Below, piece after piece: positions 45,052 through 57,810 of a stretch of DNA of 64,000 bases (positions are counted from its first letter, which is position 1; each line of letters starts with the position of its first letter). The notes beneath the pieces were generated by a model. It was not told where the DNA came from, ran no database searches, and saw nothing but the letters and a program-made list of their open reading frames with translations. Source of the DNA: Eledone cirrhosa (Eukaryota); the NCBI GenBank assembly GCA_964016885.1, contig OZ024744.1, forward strand, positions 58,404,001 through 58,468,000, written 5' to 3'. Position numbers and translations under genes: made by a program.

Positions 45052-45081
<30 letters not shown>

Positions 45082-45657
45082 TTAAGTATTTAATACCTAT
45101 TAATAGACTCCACTCTAGCTTGGAGATGTGATACATAATTGATTTATATTTGAGACGGGGGTTGCCTATTACCTGATGGCCAGACTAGTGCGTTTATATG
45201 AGAGATCGGAACTCCGGACCATACTGAAGATTTACTGGAGATGCAGACAAGCAATGACCCGGAGCCTACCGGGTGGCATATATAATAGTGGGACCATACC
45301 AGGTCCTACTGTTGTATTACATTTGCATGGAGCAGTGACTTGAGAGTCCGACTCCTCTTATAGAACGTTCTGATATGACACCCCTTAATTATTGGTTGGC
45401 AATCATCCTAGTATATACACCCTTGTACTTCTTAATGAACAACTCTCTAACTTATAAATGGGTACCATACTCTAGATATTAGTTATAACTCTGACTATAC
45501 TTTTCTAAGATAAAATGAACAAAAATTGGGAGAGGGAATGTTCAATGCCTCAGGTGATACAAAGTAATCTGGAACTTTTTGTGGGGTTTTTACCCCGAAT
45601 TTTCTTAAATGATCTTCCCCTCTATTGATGAATCTTTTTATACAGAATTTATTCTCG

Positions 45658-46066
45658 GATTTCTTCAGGCATCTGGAAGCCTTTCTATGAACGTCTCGCC
45701 TTTTACTAACAGCGGGAGACTGGAACAAAATATTAGACGCACGCTAGAATGGTGTAGGAATAGCTGATAGAAGTTGGAGTGCAAAAGCCTCAAGAACCTG
45801 ATCAGGTAATGTCAACTCTCTTACAGGTGCTGAGTAGATTTCTCGAATGTGCCAGTGTGGACATGAACCAATCGCAGAGGGTGATTAAGACCGTATTTTG
45901 ATAGGTTTTTTTTATTAGGTTATCAGATAGGGATAGCTATGGGTGTCCTTAATTTCAAACTGTCGCCTATTCAGATAACAAATGCCCGATCTGTATGGTC
46001 GACTATAGATAGAACTCGTAAACAGGGACCCGGTTACTGGAAGCTTAACGTGTCGTTCCCGGCGTA
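45658..46066 (+). mobile_element. Tx1-clade endonuclease-domain fragment
   Basis: DFFRHLEAFL*TSRLLLTAGDWNKILDAR and AYSDNK...DRTRKQGPGYWKLNVSFPA match ORF2 at 33.9-34.3 kb. Confidence 0.8.
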
Positions 46067-46630
46067 ATGTACTAGAGTTGTCTGACGTTTTACCTCTGTA
46101 GTTAGACAACATATAGTAATGTACTAGAGTTGTCTGACGTTGTACTTCTGTAGTTAGACAACATATAGTAATGTACTAGAGTTGTCTGACGTTGTACTTC
46201 TGTAGTTAGACAACATATAGTAATGTACTAGTGTGGTCTGACGTTATACCTCTGTCGTTAGACAACATATAGTACTGTACTAGAGTTGTCTGACGTTGTA
46301 CATCTGCAGTTAGACAACATATAGTAATGTACTAGAGTTGTCTGACGTTGTACTTCTGTAGTTAGACAACATATAGTAATGTACTAGAGTTGTCTGACGT
46401 TGTACTTCTGTAGTTAGACAACATATAGTAATGTACTAGTGTGGTCTGACGTTATACCTCTGTCGTTAGACAACATATAGTAATGTACTAGAGTTGTCTG
46501 ACGTTGTACATCTGCAGTTAGACAACATATAGTAATGTACTAGAGTTGTCTGACGTTGTACTTCTGTAGTTAGACAACATATAGTAATGTACTAGTGTGG
46601 TCTGACGTTATACTTCTGTAGTTGGATAAC
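46066..46630. repeat. 52-bp minisatellite, about 11 units, with internal hairpin and higher-order pattern
   Basis: Unit taatgtactagagttgtctgacgttgtacttctgtagttagacaacatatag. Confidence 0.95.
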
Positions 46631-46941
46631 ATTTTAAAGCCTCTCTGGTGGTTTTTTAAATGTAAACAAACGCCTTGACCATGAATTGTTGCTCTGTTTG
46701 TTGAGACAATATGATGAGGTATTTGCTTATAAATGATTTATTTCGATAAGTCCCAATAAGGGAGGAAACGATCGTAAATCAATATTTAATGTAAAAACGT
46801 ATTTGGTAATTATTTTAGTGAATAATTTGCTTCACGCGTAATTATTATTTTTAACACAATAGGATTTTGTACACATGGTTGTCTGAGAAATCTTTCAAAG
46901 AAGTATGAAACATAGCCTTTTGTACTGTTTATTATAATAAA

Positions 46942-47671
46942 CTAGCAGAAAAACCACCCTTCGGGTGGTTTTCTGCTCGCTTGTGCAGTGTGTATATTGA
47001 TATTATATGCAAATATACATGCATGTAGATATGATACATCAAATAAAATCGTAATTGACAATATACACAGAAATTGAAGAGAAACTGTCACACTCTCTTC
47101 TGTAATCAGTAAAGTAATCCATGATACATTTAAAAAAGATGATATTATATATAAACTGCATTTCGGTGAAATGTAATGAAACCTTATATAATGATGCAAA
47201 TATATGGATGTTTATATAAGCGATGTAATAAGTGTTATGATATAATGGACGCTAACCGAAAGTGTAGACATTTCAAAATTTTAAAAGAAGTGAATCTTAA
47301 AATAAGCTATTATTATATATAAGAATATTTATGTTTAATCAACAGCTATGAAATTTAGTAGATAAATTATGTTATATTCATTCATTATTTATTGTGGATT
47401 GGCAGTATCGGTAAGGGTCGGACGCCATGCTTTGAAGCATAGAGTTACCTCCCTTTATGATCTGAGTTCAAATCCCGCCGAGGTTAACTTTGCCTTTCAT
47501 CCTTACGGGGTCGATAAAATAAAGTACCAGTAATGCACTGGAATAATTGCTGGCCTTGTGCCAAAAGTAGAAACAATTATTTATTAAAAGTAATCTAACT
47601 TATTTTATTAACTGGATAAAAAAATATATTCAGGACGCAGTCCCGCACTCCTCCCTTTATTATAGTTATGA
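46942..47671 (-). mobile_element. Non-autonomous Helitron (contains a SINE at 47394-47578, +)
   Basis: Minus strand: A|TCataactataataaa start; hairpin gcagaaaaccacccgaagggtggtttttctgc running into CTAG|T. Confidence 0.72.
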
Positions 47672-47682
47672 TTACGGTATTA

Positions 47683-50366
47683 TATATATATATATAAAAC
47701 AACGAATGTCTGTGTATCTCTTTCCCTAAAACTCGAGAACTACCCAACCGTTTTTTCAAACTTTACACATGTAATACGTATGGCCCTGTGAGTGTTTTGA
47801 GCAAAAGAAATTTCAAATTAATTAGTCCTAGGGATCTAATTAGTGAAGTGGCCAATGTATGTACATAATGAGGGAGCGAGAGGGGAGAGAAAGAAACGGA
47901 GAGGCGAAGTGACGAAGTGGCTCTCTACTCCTCCTCCTCCATCTCCCCATTCGTCACAGCGTTTTTCAATGGAGGGTAAAAATGTGAGTGAGTTATAAAG
48001 AGAAAGAGTGAGAGCGAAAGAAACAGACAGACTAAAAGAGGGGGATAGCGGGAGAGAGAGAGAGAGCGACAGACGCTGTGTTTGATACATGACAGTGGAA
48101 AAGGGGAAGGAAAGCTATAACTAATTAACATGTATGCGTGTGTATGCGTGTGCATGTGTGTGTGTGTTCGTGCAGCTCTTCTCCGAGAAACGTCCTACGA
48201 CGTCGATGCTCTTACCAAGTACGTCCGTGAAACTGAACCACAACTTCTTCCGGACCAACGTCGTACTTACAACATTGTTGCCGACCATGTGCGCCACAGA
48301 AAAGGAGGTATGTTCTTTCTGGATGCCCCTGCAGGGACGGGCAAACATTTTTAACGAGACTCCTCCTTGCAAAAGTCAGGATGCACAAGGACATTGCGGT
48401 TGCTGTTGCCTCTTCTGGAATTGCTGCCACTTTGTTGCCCGGTGACAGGACCGCACATTCCAGTTTTAAATTGCCTCTCAATTTAACCACGTCAGAAACG
48501 CCTACTTGCAGCATCAGCAAGACCTCCGACCAGGGCCAAGTCCTAAAACGATGTCAGCTCATTGTGTGGAGTGAGTGCACCATGGCCCATAAGGGAGCTC
48601 TGGACGCATTAAACAGAGCTCTAAAGGACATCAGAGGCAGCCAGGCTCCCATGAGCTTTCGGGTGACTTCAGGCAGACTCTTCCCGTCATTCCCAAAGGC
48701 ACAAGAGCAGATGAGGTCCAAGCATGCCCAAAGTCCTCTCCTCTGTGGCGCCATGTCAGGACACTGATCCTTACAACCAACATGAGAGCTCAATTACACG
48801 GCGACCAAACGTCCGCAGAATTTGCACAGGACATTTTGAAACTTGGCGACGGCAAAATACCTCTGGACGCTGCAGGAGAGCTGGAAGTGTGGCTATTTTC
48901 GACCTCAGTTAAATCTGCGGGGGAGCTGAAAGACAAAGTGTTTCCAGATTTGAAAGATAATTACCAGAACCACGCATGGTTGTGTGAAAGAGCAGTGCTA
49001 GCTCCAAAAAACGTCGCTGTTAACAAAACCAACGACAAACTACTGCTCTCCCTTCCTGGTGTTCTTCACGCTTACAAATCTGTTGACACGATGCCAGATC
49101 CCAATGAAGTGGTGAACTTTCCGCCGGAGTTCTTCAATTCTTTGGAGCCCCCAGGACTACCGCTTCACATGCTTCTCCTTAAAGTTGGCACCCCTGTAAT
49201 GCTGCTGCGGAATTTGAAACCACCAAGACTCTGCAACGGGACACGGCTGGTTGTAAAAACATTGATGGCACATGTAATCGAGGCAACATCCTTTCTGGAT
49301 GCGGAAAAGGTGACGATATCTTCATTCCGAGAATTCCTCTCATTCCCTCGGGAGCAGAAATTCCGTTCACCTTCCGAAGACTCAAATTTCTGCTTCGGGT
49401 CAGTTTTGCTATGTCCATCAACAAGTCCCAGGGCCAGACTCTTTCTGTGGCCGGACTTCTTCTGGAAGAACCATGTTTCTCCCACGGACAATTGTACGTT
49501 GGGTGCCCTAGAGTGGGCAGCGGGGAAAGTCTTTTCGCATTTGCACGCCGAGGAAAAACAAGAAACATCGTTTACAACGATGTTTCTGTTGTAAGTGCAA
49601 CAGCGAGGAGATAGGTCCGCAATCATCATTTCTTTACCCAGCCTGATGAGCTTTTAAACAGTCTCTTAACTAAAACGTATGTTTCCCTCGGTTTCAGGTG
49701 ATCGCCTTCAGAGAGGAACCCAGCTTGACAATCGGCGCGGCAATTTAAGGCGGCTGAACAAATCGTGAACGCATACAGTCATTCTAATGGCTGCCAATGA
49801 ACGCAACTGAAGTCCTTTTTGCGGCCGTTGGAGAACGCAGTCAAAGTCCTTTCAAGGGCTGCAAGTGAACGATCAAACGGCCCTTTTTAGGGCCGAAATT
49901 GTTGATGGTGACCCCTCATTTTTAGAGCTCTCAGTGAACGCACACACAACCCTATTTACTTGAAATTGTTTGACGGCTACAGCAATGGTAAATTCAAATC
50001 GTCCAGCATCCGCTAAAACAGTGTTATAAGCGCTACAGTGGACAGACAGGTACGTTATCGCTCTTCTTAACAAGCCCGGTTTACCTTTACTTATTTTTCC
50101 TAACAACATTTGCTTCCTTTGGTTAAAGGTGAACACACACACGACCCTTTCTTAGCGCCCCCCCCCACTCCTCCGTGAAATTGGAAATTTATTTTGCTCA
50201 CAACAATTATTATTTTTATGAACTCAGAATTGATTTCATCAGGTGTCCCAGTTGAAGAATAAATTGAATTTAGAATAACACATTTCTATACAACATATTT
50301 TGCTCTTTTCTTCTAATATGTAAGGAACAATTTCATTCCCGGGCAACCACGTGTGCCTATGCTTGT
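47683..50366 (+). mobile_element. Internally deleted Helitron retaining the helicase
   Basis: 5' tatatataaaacaacgaatgtctgtg; PIF1 helicase remnant; decayed 3' end cccgggcaac...tgcttgt; no Rep domain seen. Confidence 0.75.
48170..49590 (+). pseudogene. Helitron PIF1-like helicase, frameshifted
   Basis: FLDAPAGTGK (Walker A), AVASSGIAATLL, RTAHSSFKLP, GDFRQTLPV, NMRA, LAPKN, VMLLRNL..PRLCNGTRL, MSINKSQGQTL, FSHGQLYV. Confidence 0.95.
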
Positions 50367-50462
50367 ATGTATATATATATATATATATGTAAATATATAT
50401 ATCGTATTTAACTGTCAATCATACATGCATGTATGCATGCATGTATATATATGTGTACGTAT

Positions 50463-50603
50463 GTCAGGCTACTTGAATGCTTCTAGTAACATGTAATCCA
50501 GCACAACTTGCTGTATGGTCGAGCTGACTGCTACTAAGCTGACACACCACGGCCACACTAGCCGGCCGAGTAGGGTTACTTGAGATCCATTGGGACAAAA
50601 GCA
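50463..50603 (+). mobile_element. Diverged 5' end of an RTE-derived element
   Basis: tcaggctac...gtaacatgtaatccagcacaac...atggtcgag..ctactaagctg resembles 12571-12710; preceded by TATG repeats. Confidence 0.6.
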
Positions 50604-50777
50604 GACCGGCCACCTTCCTGGTGGCAAGGTTGTAAAAGAAAAGAAATTGTCATCAATTGAATAGCAAGAATGTTTTACAAATTTTTAAGGTGCCAGCTAT
50701 CGCAGGCATTGTAGACTATGAATCAGAGAGCTGCCTTCTTTGTCCACAAATCCAAGTTCAATCATACTTTGGTCCAA
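50604..50777 (-). mobile_element. Second 5'-truncated copy of the (CATA)n-associated REL LINE
   Basis: Matches 14144-14317; 5' junction in (TATG)n. Confidence 0.85.
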
Positions 50778-51279
50778 TGTATGTATGTATGTGTGTACAT
50801 ATGTATGCTTGTGTGTGTGTGTTCCACATTGAAAGTCCCAGCTTTGCACCTGTGTAGTTAAAATTTACATATGGAACACATTTTTCTCTAGCAATATATT
50901 ATGGGCTATGTGACGTTTTCTTAAATTTGTTACTTTTAGCTCCAGACAGAGAATTTAAATAAACATTTGAAAAGGTTACAGATTATTAAAATAATTCATT
51001 TAGAGTAATTATGGAAATTAATACGGTATTTTGAAAGGGAAAATTCATGATCTCTGAGAAAATAAATAATATGTAATAGTAAAATTAAATTTAGATTCGA
51101 TAAGTTGTCGTTTGGGGAAGAGTGGTGTATTTTTATGAAACTCAATTTGAAGCACCTTCTGGGTGGTTTAGTTGTAACAATTCTGAATGAATCAGCCACT
51201 CCTGATAAACTGAAGATTAACAACATATTTTTTAAATAGTGAATTTAAATATAGTGAATTTATGTGATTATATTTATTT

Positions 51280-51853
51280 TAGGAGTTGGCGCAAGCACTG
51301 CAGAATAGTTCAGAAGTTCACTTCACAAGCATAAAGTCCTGAGTTTGATACCGCTGCGTGGTATCTTAGACAAGGGTTATTTATCTAAGTAAATATTTCC
51401 ATGCACCTCCCTCCCCCACATATTCTTCGCTATAATTGCTCCCTTCCTGTTTGTTATACGGTGATAGTAAGTGTTTCTACTTTTGACATAGGGCCAGCAA
51501 TTACCCAGTGTATTACTGGTACTTTATTTTATCGACCCCCGTAAGGATGAAAGGCTAAGTTAACCTCGGCGGGATTTGAACTCAGAAGGGCAAGGGCCGT
51601 AACTCAATGCGTCAAAGCATGGCGTCCGAATCTCTACCGATACTGCCATTCCACCGCCCTTTATTACTATCACCGTATAACAAACAGGAAGGGAGCAATT
51701 ATAGCGAAGAATATGTGGGGGAGGGAGGTGCATGGAAATATTTACTTAGATAAATAACCCTTGTCTAAGATACCACGCAGCGGTATCAAACTCAGGACCT
51801 TATGCTTGCGAAGTGAACTTCTTAACTATTCTGCAGTGCTGCGCCAACTCCTA
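51280..51853. repeat. ~190-bp inverted repeat enclosing a full-length SINE (51472-51659, -)
   Basis: 51280-51470 is the reverse complement of 51664-51853 with about 4 differences. Confidence 0.93.
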
Positions 51854-52635
51854 TAATATATATAAAGACGGTGATAATAATAATTGTTTCTATTTTAGGC
51901 ACAAGGCCAGCAATTACCCAGTACATTACTGGTACTTTATTTTATCGATCCCGTAAGGATGAAAGGCAAAGTTAACTTCGGCCGGATTTGAACTCAGATC
52001 GTAAAATAGTGTAATCATATTATGTTCTTTTTTTTTTTTAAATTACATGAAATTTAAAACTTAACTCCTCACAGAGCTCCCAGTATTACTTCTGCTAATC
52101 CCCAGTGGTTAACGGACTACTAGTTGGAGACTGCTGGTCCAAGTTTAAACCAATATTATAGATGTCATATAAATTAACAATGGTGAACAACATAACAGTA
52201 TATTTTTCTCACAGCCAATATTTCTACATCTTTGTCGTGGGTGAACAAACCAAGGCTAAATGGAGAAACAGAAGCAAGAACATTTAGGATACATGATCAA
52301 GCCATTACAACTAGATATTTTGAAAGGAATATTCACAATGTTTACAATGTTTTCAGTTTTACATACATCTACGGATACAAATACTTGGACACTTGGACAC
52401 ATCCTCAGGGCTATATCCTTGTGTCACTGAGTATTTATCCTTACGGGGTCTTGTCAATACACCTTCATGGGGGTGACCCAACAACAGATACAAACACTTG
52501 CTAGTTTCTTATATTGGGTAAGTACCAAATATAAAATGGAAGGGCCAGCTGAATAGATCCCTAATTCTTCCTATTTAATAATCCGCACTTCCCATATTCA
52601 CTTTGACATTTCTTTCACTGATCGATCTTTATATA

Positions 52636-52825
52636 CCGTATTTTTTTAATTATAAGATGCAACTTTATTATATTTTTTTAATTGTTTGAGAAAAAATGTT
52701 ATTGTAAGTAGTATCTAATATTCTTATTCGGTGTATAAGACAAAGACAGGTTTGGACATTATTATTTTTATGTGTGATGGTGGTGATGGGTTAAAAAGTG
52801 CCTCTTGTATTCCGAAAAAATACGG
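52636..52825. mobile_element. pogo-type MITE
   Basis: TA|ccgtatttttt ... aaaaaatacgg|TA. Confidence 0.7.
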
Positions 52826-53141
52826 TAATGCATAAACAATATATTTATGGGGTTAAAAAAATATAAGATATATCGCGTATATTACACCGAAAATACAGTA
52901 ATACTCAAACAACATATTTATAGTTTTATAAACTACGTCTTATACATCATTCTACATAAAAAAACATGCAAGAGGATGATTTTACTGAAAAGCGAACCAA
53001 CGAAGACTTAGTCGATCAAGTCATCTTCATCAACGTTTTGCTTATTTCATAATGTAGACGATTGCCAATATTTTCCTGTGTATAAGACACCCAGTTTTTA
53101 CCCCCAAATGTTATGTCGTACTCTACTTGCACCCTATAGAC

Positions 53142-53305
53142 CAGGCATGGGCAACCTCTTTCGAGCAATGAGCCACATTGGATGTGGCTCATCATAAGGC
53201 AGACCACACTACTAAAAGATTGAAGGCAATTTTGAAATTATGCGTGCAATTCAGAAAGCCAAATTGGCCGCATGCGGCTCGCAAGCCGCAGTTTGCCCAT
53301 GACTG
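53142..53305. mobile_element. hAT-type MITE with 8-bp TSD
   Basis: TIRs caggcatgggcaac / gtttgcccatgactg; flanks ctatagac and ctatatac. Confidence 0.85.
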
Positions 53306-53344
53306 CTATATACATACACTAAGGTTATGAAATATGATAATAAT

Positions 53345-54305
53345 TATTTCTAACATTTCTAACAATTTGATAGAAGGGTAAAGTCGATTGTATCAACCTC
53401 ATTATTTAACTGGTATCTTATTTTATCGATCCTAGAAGGATGAAAAGCTAAGTTGACCTCAGCAGGATTTGGACTCACTCAGAGAATCGTAACTACATAC
53501 CACAATTTACCACCCTATAGTTAATAATAGTTTCTGCTTAAGGCACAAGGCCAAGACATTTGGAGGAAGGGGAAAGTCGATTAAATCGCCGCCAGTGCAT
53601 TACTGGTACTTTATTTTATCGATCCCGTAAGGATGAAAGGCAAAACTAACTTCGGCGGAATTTGAATTCAGAACGTAAAGGGACGTAACTAAGCCACGAA
53701 GCATGGTGTCCGACGTTCTACAGATACTGCCCTTAGCCTTTAGTTAATAATTGTTTCTACTATTGGCACAAGACCAGCAATTACCCAGCACATTACTGGT
53801 ACTTTATTTTATCGACCCCCGTAAGGATGAAAGGCAAAGTTAACCTCGGCGGCATTTGAACTCAGAATGGCAAGGGCCGTAACTCTATACGTCAAAGCAT
53901 GGCGTCCGACCTTCTACCGATACTGCCAATTCATCAATAATAATAGTAATAATTAACCACACACTATACACAAATCATGTATAAGTATAGCTGTATATCT
54001 AAATAGACATATATAATTTAGTTTAGTTTAATACCTAATTAATGCTAACATTGATATTTTTCTTTTCTTCTAATGGGTGATGGTTTGGCAGAATTGGTTG
54101 AGCGAGGTCGATAAAATAATTGTTTCTACTTTAGGCACAAGGCCAGCAAATACCCAGTGCATTACTGGTACTTTATTTTATCGACCCCGTAAGGATGAAA
54201 GGCAAAGTCAACCTCGGCGGAAGTCGATAGTACCAATCAAGTACTGGAGTTGAGTTAACCAGCTTTGTCCCTTCGCCAAATTTGCTGGCTTTGTGCCTAA
54301 ATCCT
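53345..54305 (-). mobile_element. Cluster of tandem and nested tRNA-derived SINEs (mostly minus)
   Basis: Copies at ~53345-53515, 53530-53731, 53750-53930; 54121-54220 is nested in a plus-strand copy. Confidence 0.82.
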
Positions 54306-55146
54306 TATTTTCTTCTAAAAAACCAACATCAACAAAATACATAACATTACACTCTAGTCGCTTTAAAAAAACTAATAAATAATTATAAGGAATAGACGTT
54401 GGTAAAATTAATAATAATACTGTAATTATACTGTAATTGTATCTCAACAGATCACAAAATAGCTCTTTTGAACATATCCGGTTGAATTTTTGTTCAGTAA
54501 AAATATTTTAAATATTATTATAAATCTTTTCTTCTAAATAACGGCGCGTCCTATACACCTGTGCGCATATAACCCGAAAAATACAAGTGTACAACGTTCT
54601 ACGACGACCAAAAAACCAATTATTACCAACTTTTTCTTTTTACGGTGGTTAAGATGTTGGGCTCACGATCTAACGATCTAGAGTTCGATTCCTGGGCTGG
54701 GCAGCGCTTTGTGTATTTGGGCAAACATTTTATATTACGTTATTTCAATCCACTCGGTTAGGGAAAAATGAGTTGCAGCGTCGCTGTATTGACTTTTGTT
54801 TTTCCTTTGAATATTATCGGTGGCATTGAGAGGGGAGCCTTACATGCTTAACTGACTGCTTGTCTTCCACAAAATACCTTGTCCAGGCTTGTGTCCCGGA
54901 GGGGGACTTTCTATATACAACCTCGTGGTCAGTGGTAACCGAAGGGGGTTCTCCTTTCCTTTTTCTGTGAAAAGATCATTCTATTGGTTACTACGCTTTC
55001 GCTCGACTTGCTAGGAATAAACGCCAAATCTCTTCAAATCCCACACCTTTTAAAAAGAAAGAATATTCCATTGTATAAGGTTAACGTCGATTAGTGAGGG
55101 TATCAGCCATGGCATTTATTAGGATGCCCATCATTATTGAAAAAAT

Positions 55147-55349
55147 TGGATTGGCAGAATCGGTAGAGCGTCGGACACCATGTTTCGCTGCGTAGAGTTG
55201 TAGCCCTTTACGTTCTGATTTAAACTCCCACCGGGGTTAGCTTTGCCTTTTATTCTTACAAGGTCGATAAAATAAAGTACCAGGGATCGATTTAATCGAC
55301 TTTCTCCTCCCACAAAAGTATTGACATTGTGCCTAAATCAGATACCATT
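55147..55349 (+). mobile_element. tRNA-derived SINE
   Basis: Family consensus. Confidence 0.82.
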
Positions 55350-55690
55350 TAAAAAAAAAAAACAGCAAAAGAAAAATATATATATGAGTTTCAGAAAACA
55401 CAATTCTCTATATTATATATCAATGAAAACAGCCCTCTCCATTTAGAGAGTTTTGTGATAGTTGAAGATAATGCAATATTTTTTGTGTACCTGTGTGAAT
55501 GAGATTCCTCTAAAAGGATTCTAAGAGGATGTCCTGATGTTGGAACGCATACATAATTTTTTTTAACAATATAGGCAAAGCAAAACTGCTTCTGGATCTA
55601 GATGTTAATGAAAACCGGTGAAAGTATGACATATTTTTGTCTTATTAGCCCTCATCAGTGAAATATGTTCTCATTTGGCAAGACTAAGGA

Positions 55691-55733
<43 letters not shown>

Positions 55734-55831
55734 TGTAGGGTGTATAGTGAATATCACTTATGAATATCAAAAATATAGCTGAGGGGCAAATACCTTAGGG
55801 GCATTTTTTAAATGCTTAAACTTTAATCTGT

Positions 55832-55954
<123 letters not shown>

Positions 55955-57165
55955 TGTGTCTGTGTGTGTGTCTGTGTGTGTGTCTGTGTGTGTGTGTGTG
56001 TGATCGAGTATGTATGTATTTGTGTGTGTAAAATAATAAGCTAAAAACTTTCGATGATTAAAAGTTTGCGTCAACCCAATGTTACTCCAGGGTTTAGGTA
56101 GAGCCGTGGCTACGCATCTTATGGTTGCGAAGCAAACTTGTTAATCTTTCAGTCATGTTGCAGTCACATACGAGAATGAATGGATTGCCGAACTCTAGAA
56201 CTCTATACAATTTATTTTACTGTTTAATTAAAGAAGGAAGGGTACAATACTTGACCCCTTTTCTGGGACTTGGAAATTGGTGGTAAGAAGGTTCTATCAT
56301 ACTGAAAATTGGCTGGAATGCACGTAACAACAAAGCAAGATCCAGTAAAGGCATCGAAAGGCAAAGAAGGAAGTATTGGCTCTGGCAACAGATTAATTCT
56401 ACAACCCAGGTAGACCACAGCAGGATTTGAACTGTCGGGCAAATGCTTTGTGGCATTTAGTTATGATTCTTTGCGTTCTAAGTTCAAATCTCACCGAGGT
56501 TAACTTTATCGTTCAACTTTCCGAAGTCGATAAAATAAAGTACCAGTTAAGTACTTGGGTCGATTTAATTGACTTTCCCCTTCTCCAAAATTGCTGACGG
56601 TGTGCCTAAATTAGAAACCATTATTCGTGTTGTTGACATGACGTGTAGTGTGTTGGTTGAAACCTCCAAAATAATCAAATTCTTTAAAGCAACAGTCAAG
56701 TACTGAGCTCGATAGTATCGACTTTTCCTCTCCACTAATTGCTGGCATTTTGCCAAAATTAAAAAAACTATCATTTTTTAATCAATGGAGGTATGGCAGA
56801 AGCCGTGACTGTTGCAGTTCCTACCTCCCTCCGCCTCCTCCTCCTCCTCCTCCTCCTCACCCCCTAACCCCGATACACACCTTTCCTGCAATTACTCTAA
56901 TTGGTGTTTTAATTTCAACACATCTTTAAGAAAGATGTTTCATGGTACCGACCAAGTGCTGGTACAGCTCTCGTTCACCACCTACCCCACCCACTCCACT
57001 CCAGCTGTCATCCGATAGGTCAAGATTGACAGAAATGGATCAGGGTGTGTGTGACGATGTCTGGTCGGGACAACGCTTGCACCTAACACCCTGAGTGAAA
57101 GCATGGTACATGTTGATACCAAGTCCTCCTTAATAACCAGTAACAAGTGTACATAGACAGATAGA

Positions 57166-57735
57166 TTTCTTTATTAGCCACAAGGGCGCAACAAGAAAGG
57201 GGACAATACAAAGACATGCCGGGGATTTTACATACAGTCGTGTAAAAAATATAAAAACATAGACAGATAGATAGATAGATATGTTTCTTTATTAGCCACA
57301 GGGGCACACAAGAAGGGGACAAATACAAAGGGCGAAGTTTACATACAATAAAAACGTGTAAAATACTATCACAAATGCAATTTAAAAGTTAATCGATTTT
57401 TCCCCGATAGGGGGAGACATTACATATGGGTAACACATACCCCCGAAAAAAATGTGCAACCCTCATCTCCAGGAGTACGAAGTGTGAGTACCCCTTTCCT
57501 CTCTTCCTCTTTTTCCTCAACCTACAGGCTGATATAGAGAGAAGGCCCATTCACTCGGGCCATTCTCGCCACTTTCACCCACCTTTCATAAAACTTGCTG
57601 GGGTACAGCACCTCTCCCTCCATCCTGATTCTTCTTCCAAAGAGGTATTTGAAAAAAAGAATCAGTTGTTGGTCGGAGAGAAAGGTGTCTGACCTCAGCC
57701 CTTTCAACCTTGTCCACCATACAACCTCTTTCGCC

Positions 57736-57737
<2 letters not shown>
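57166..57737 (-). mobile_element. Two stacked 5'-truncated Tx1 3' ends (57166-57258, 57281-57737) separated by GATA repeats
   Basis: Shared 3' terminus tgtggctaataaagaaa followed by (TATC)n; ORF end ...ARVNGPSLYISL*. Confidence 0.88.

Positions 57738-57809
<72 letters not shown>

Positions 57810-57810
<1 letters not shown>

Noticed and set aside
48170-49590. Host PIF1 helicase gene
   Set aside because: Intronless, frameshifted, Walker B decayed (WSEC) and bounded by Helitron-type ends
55620-55675. ctgatga on the minus strand near (TA)n
   Set aside because: No correctly placed GAAA or complementary stem I
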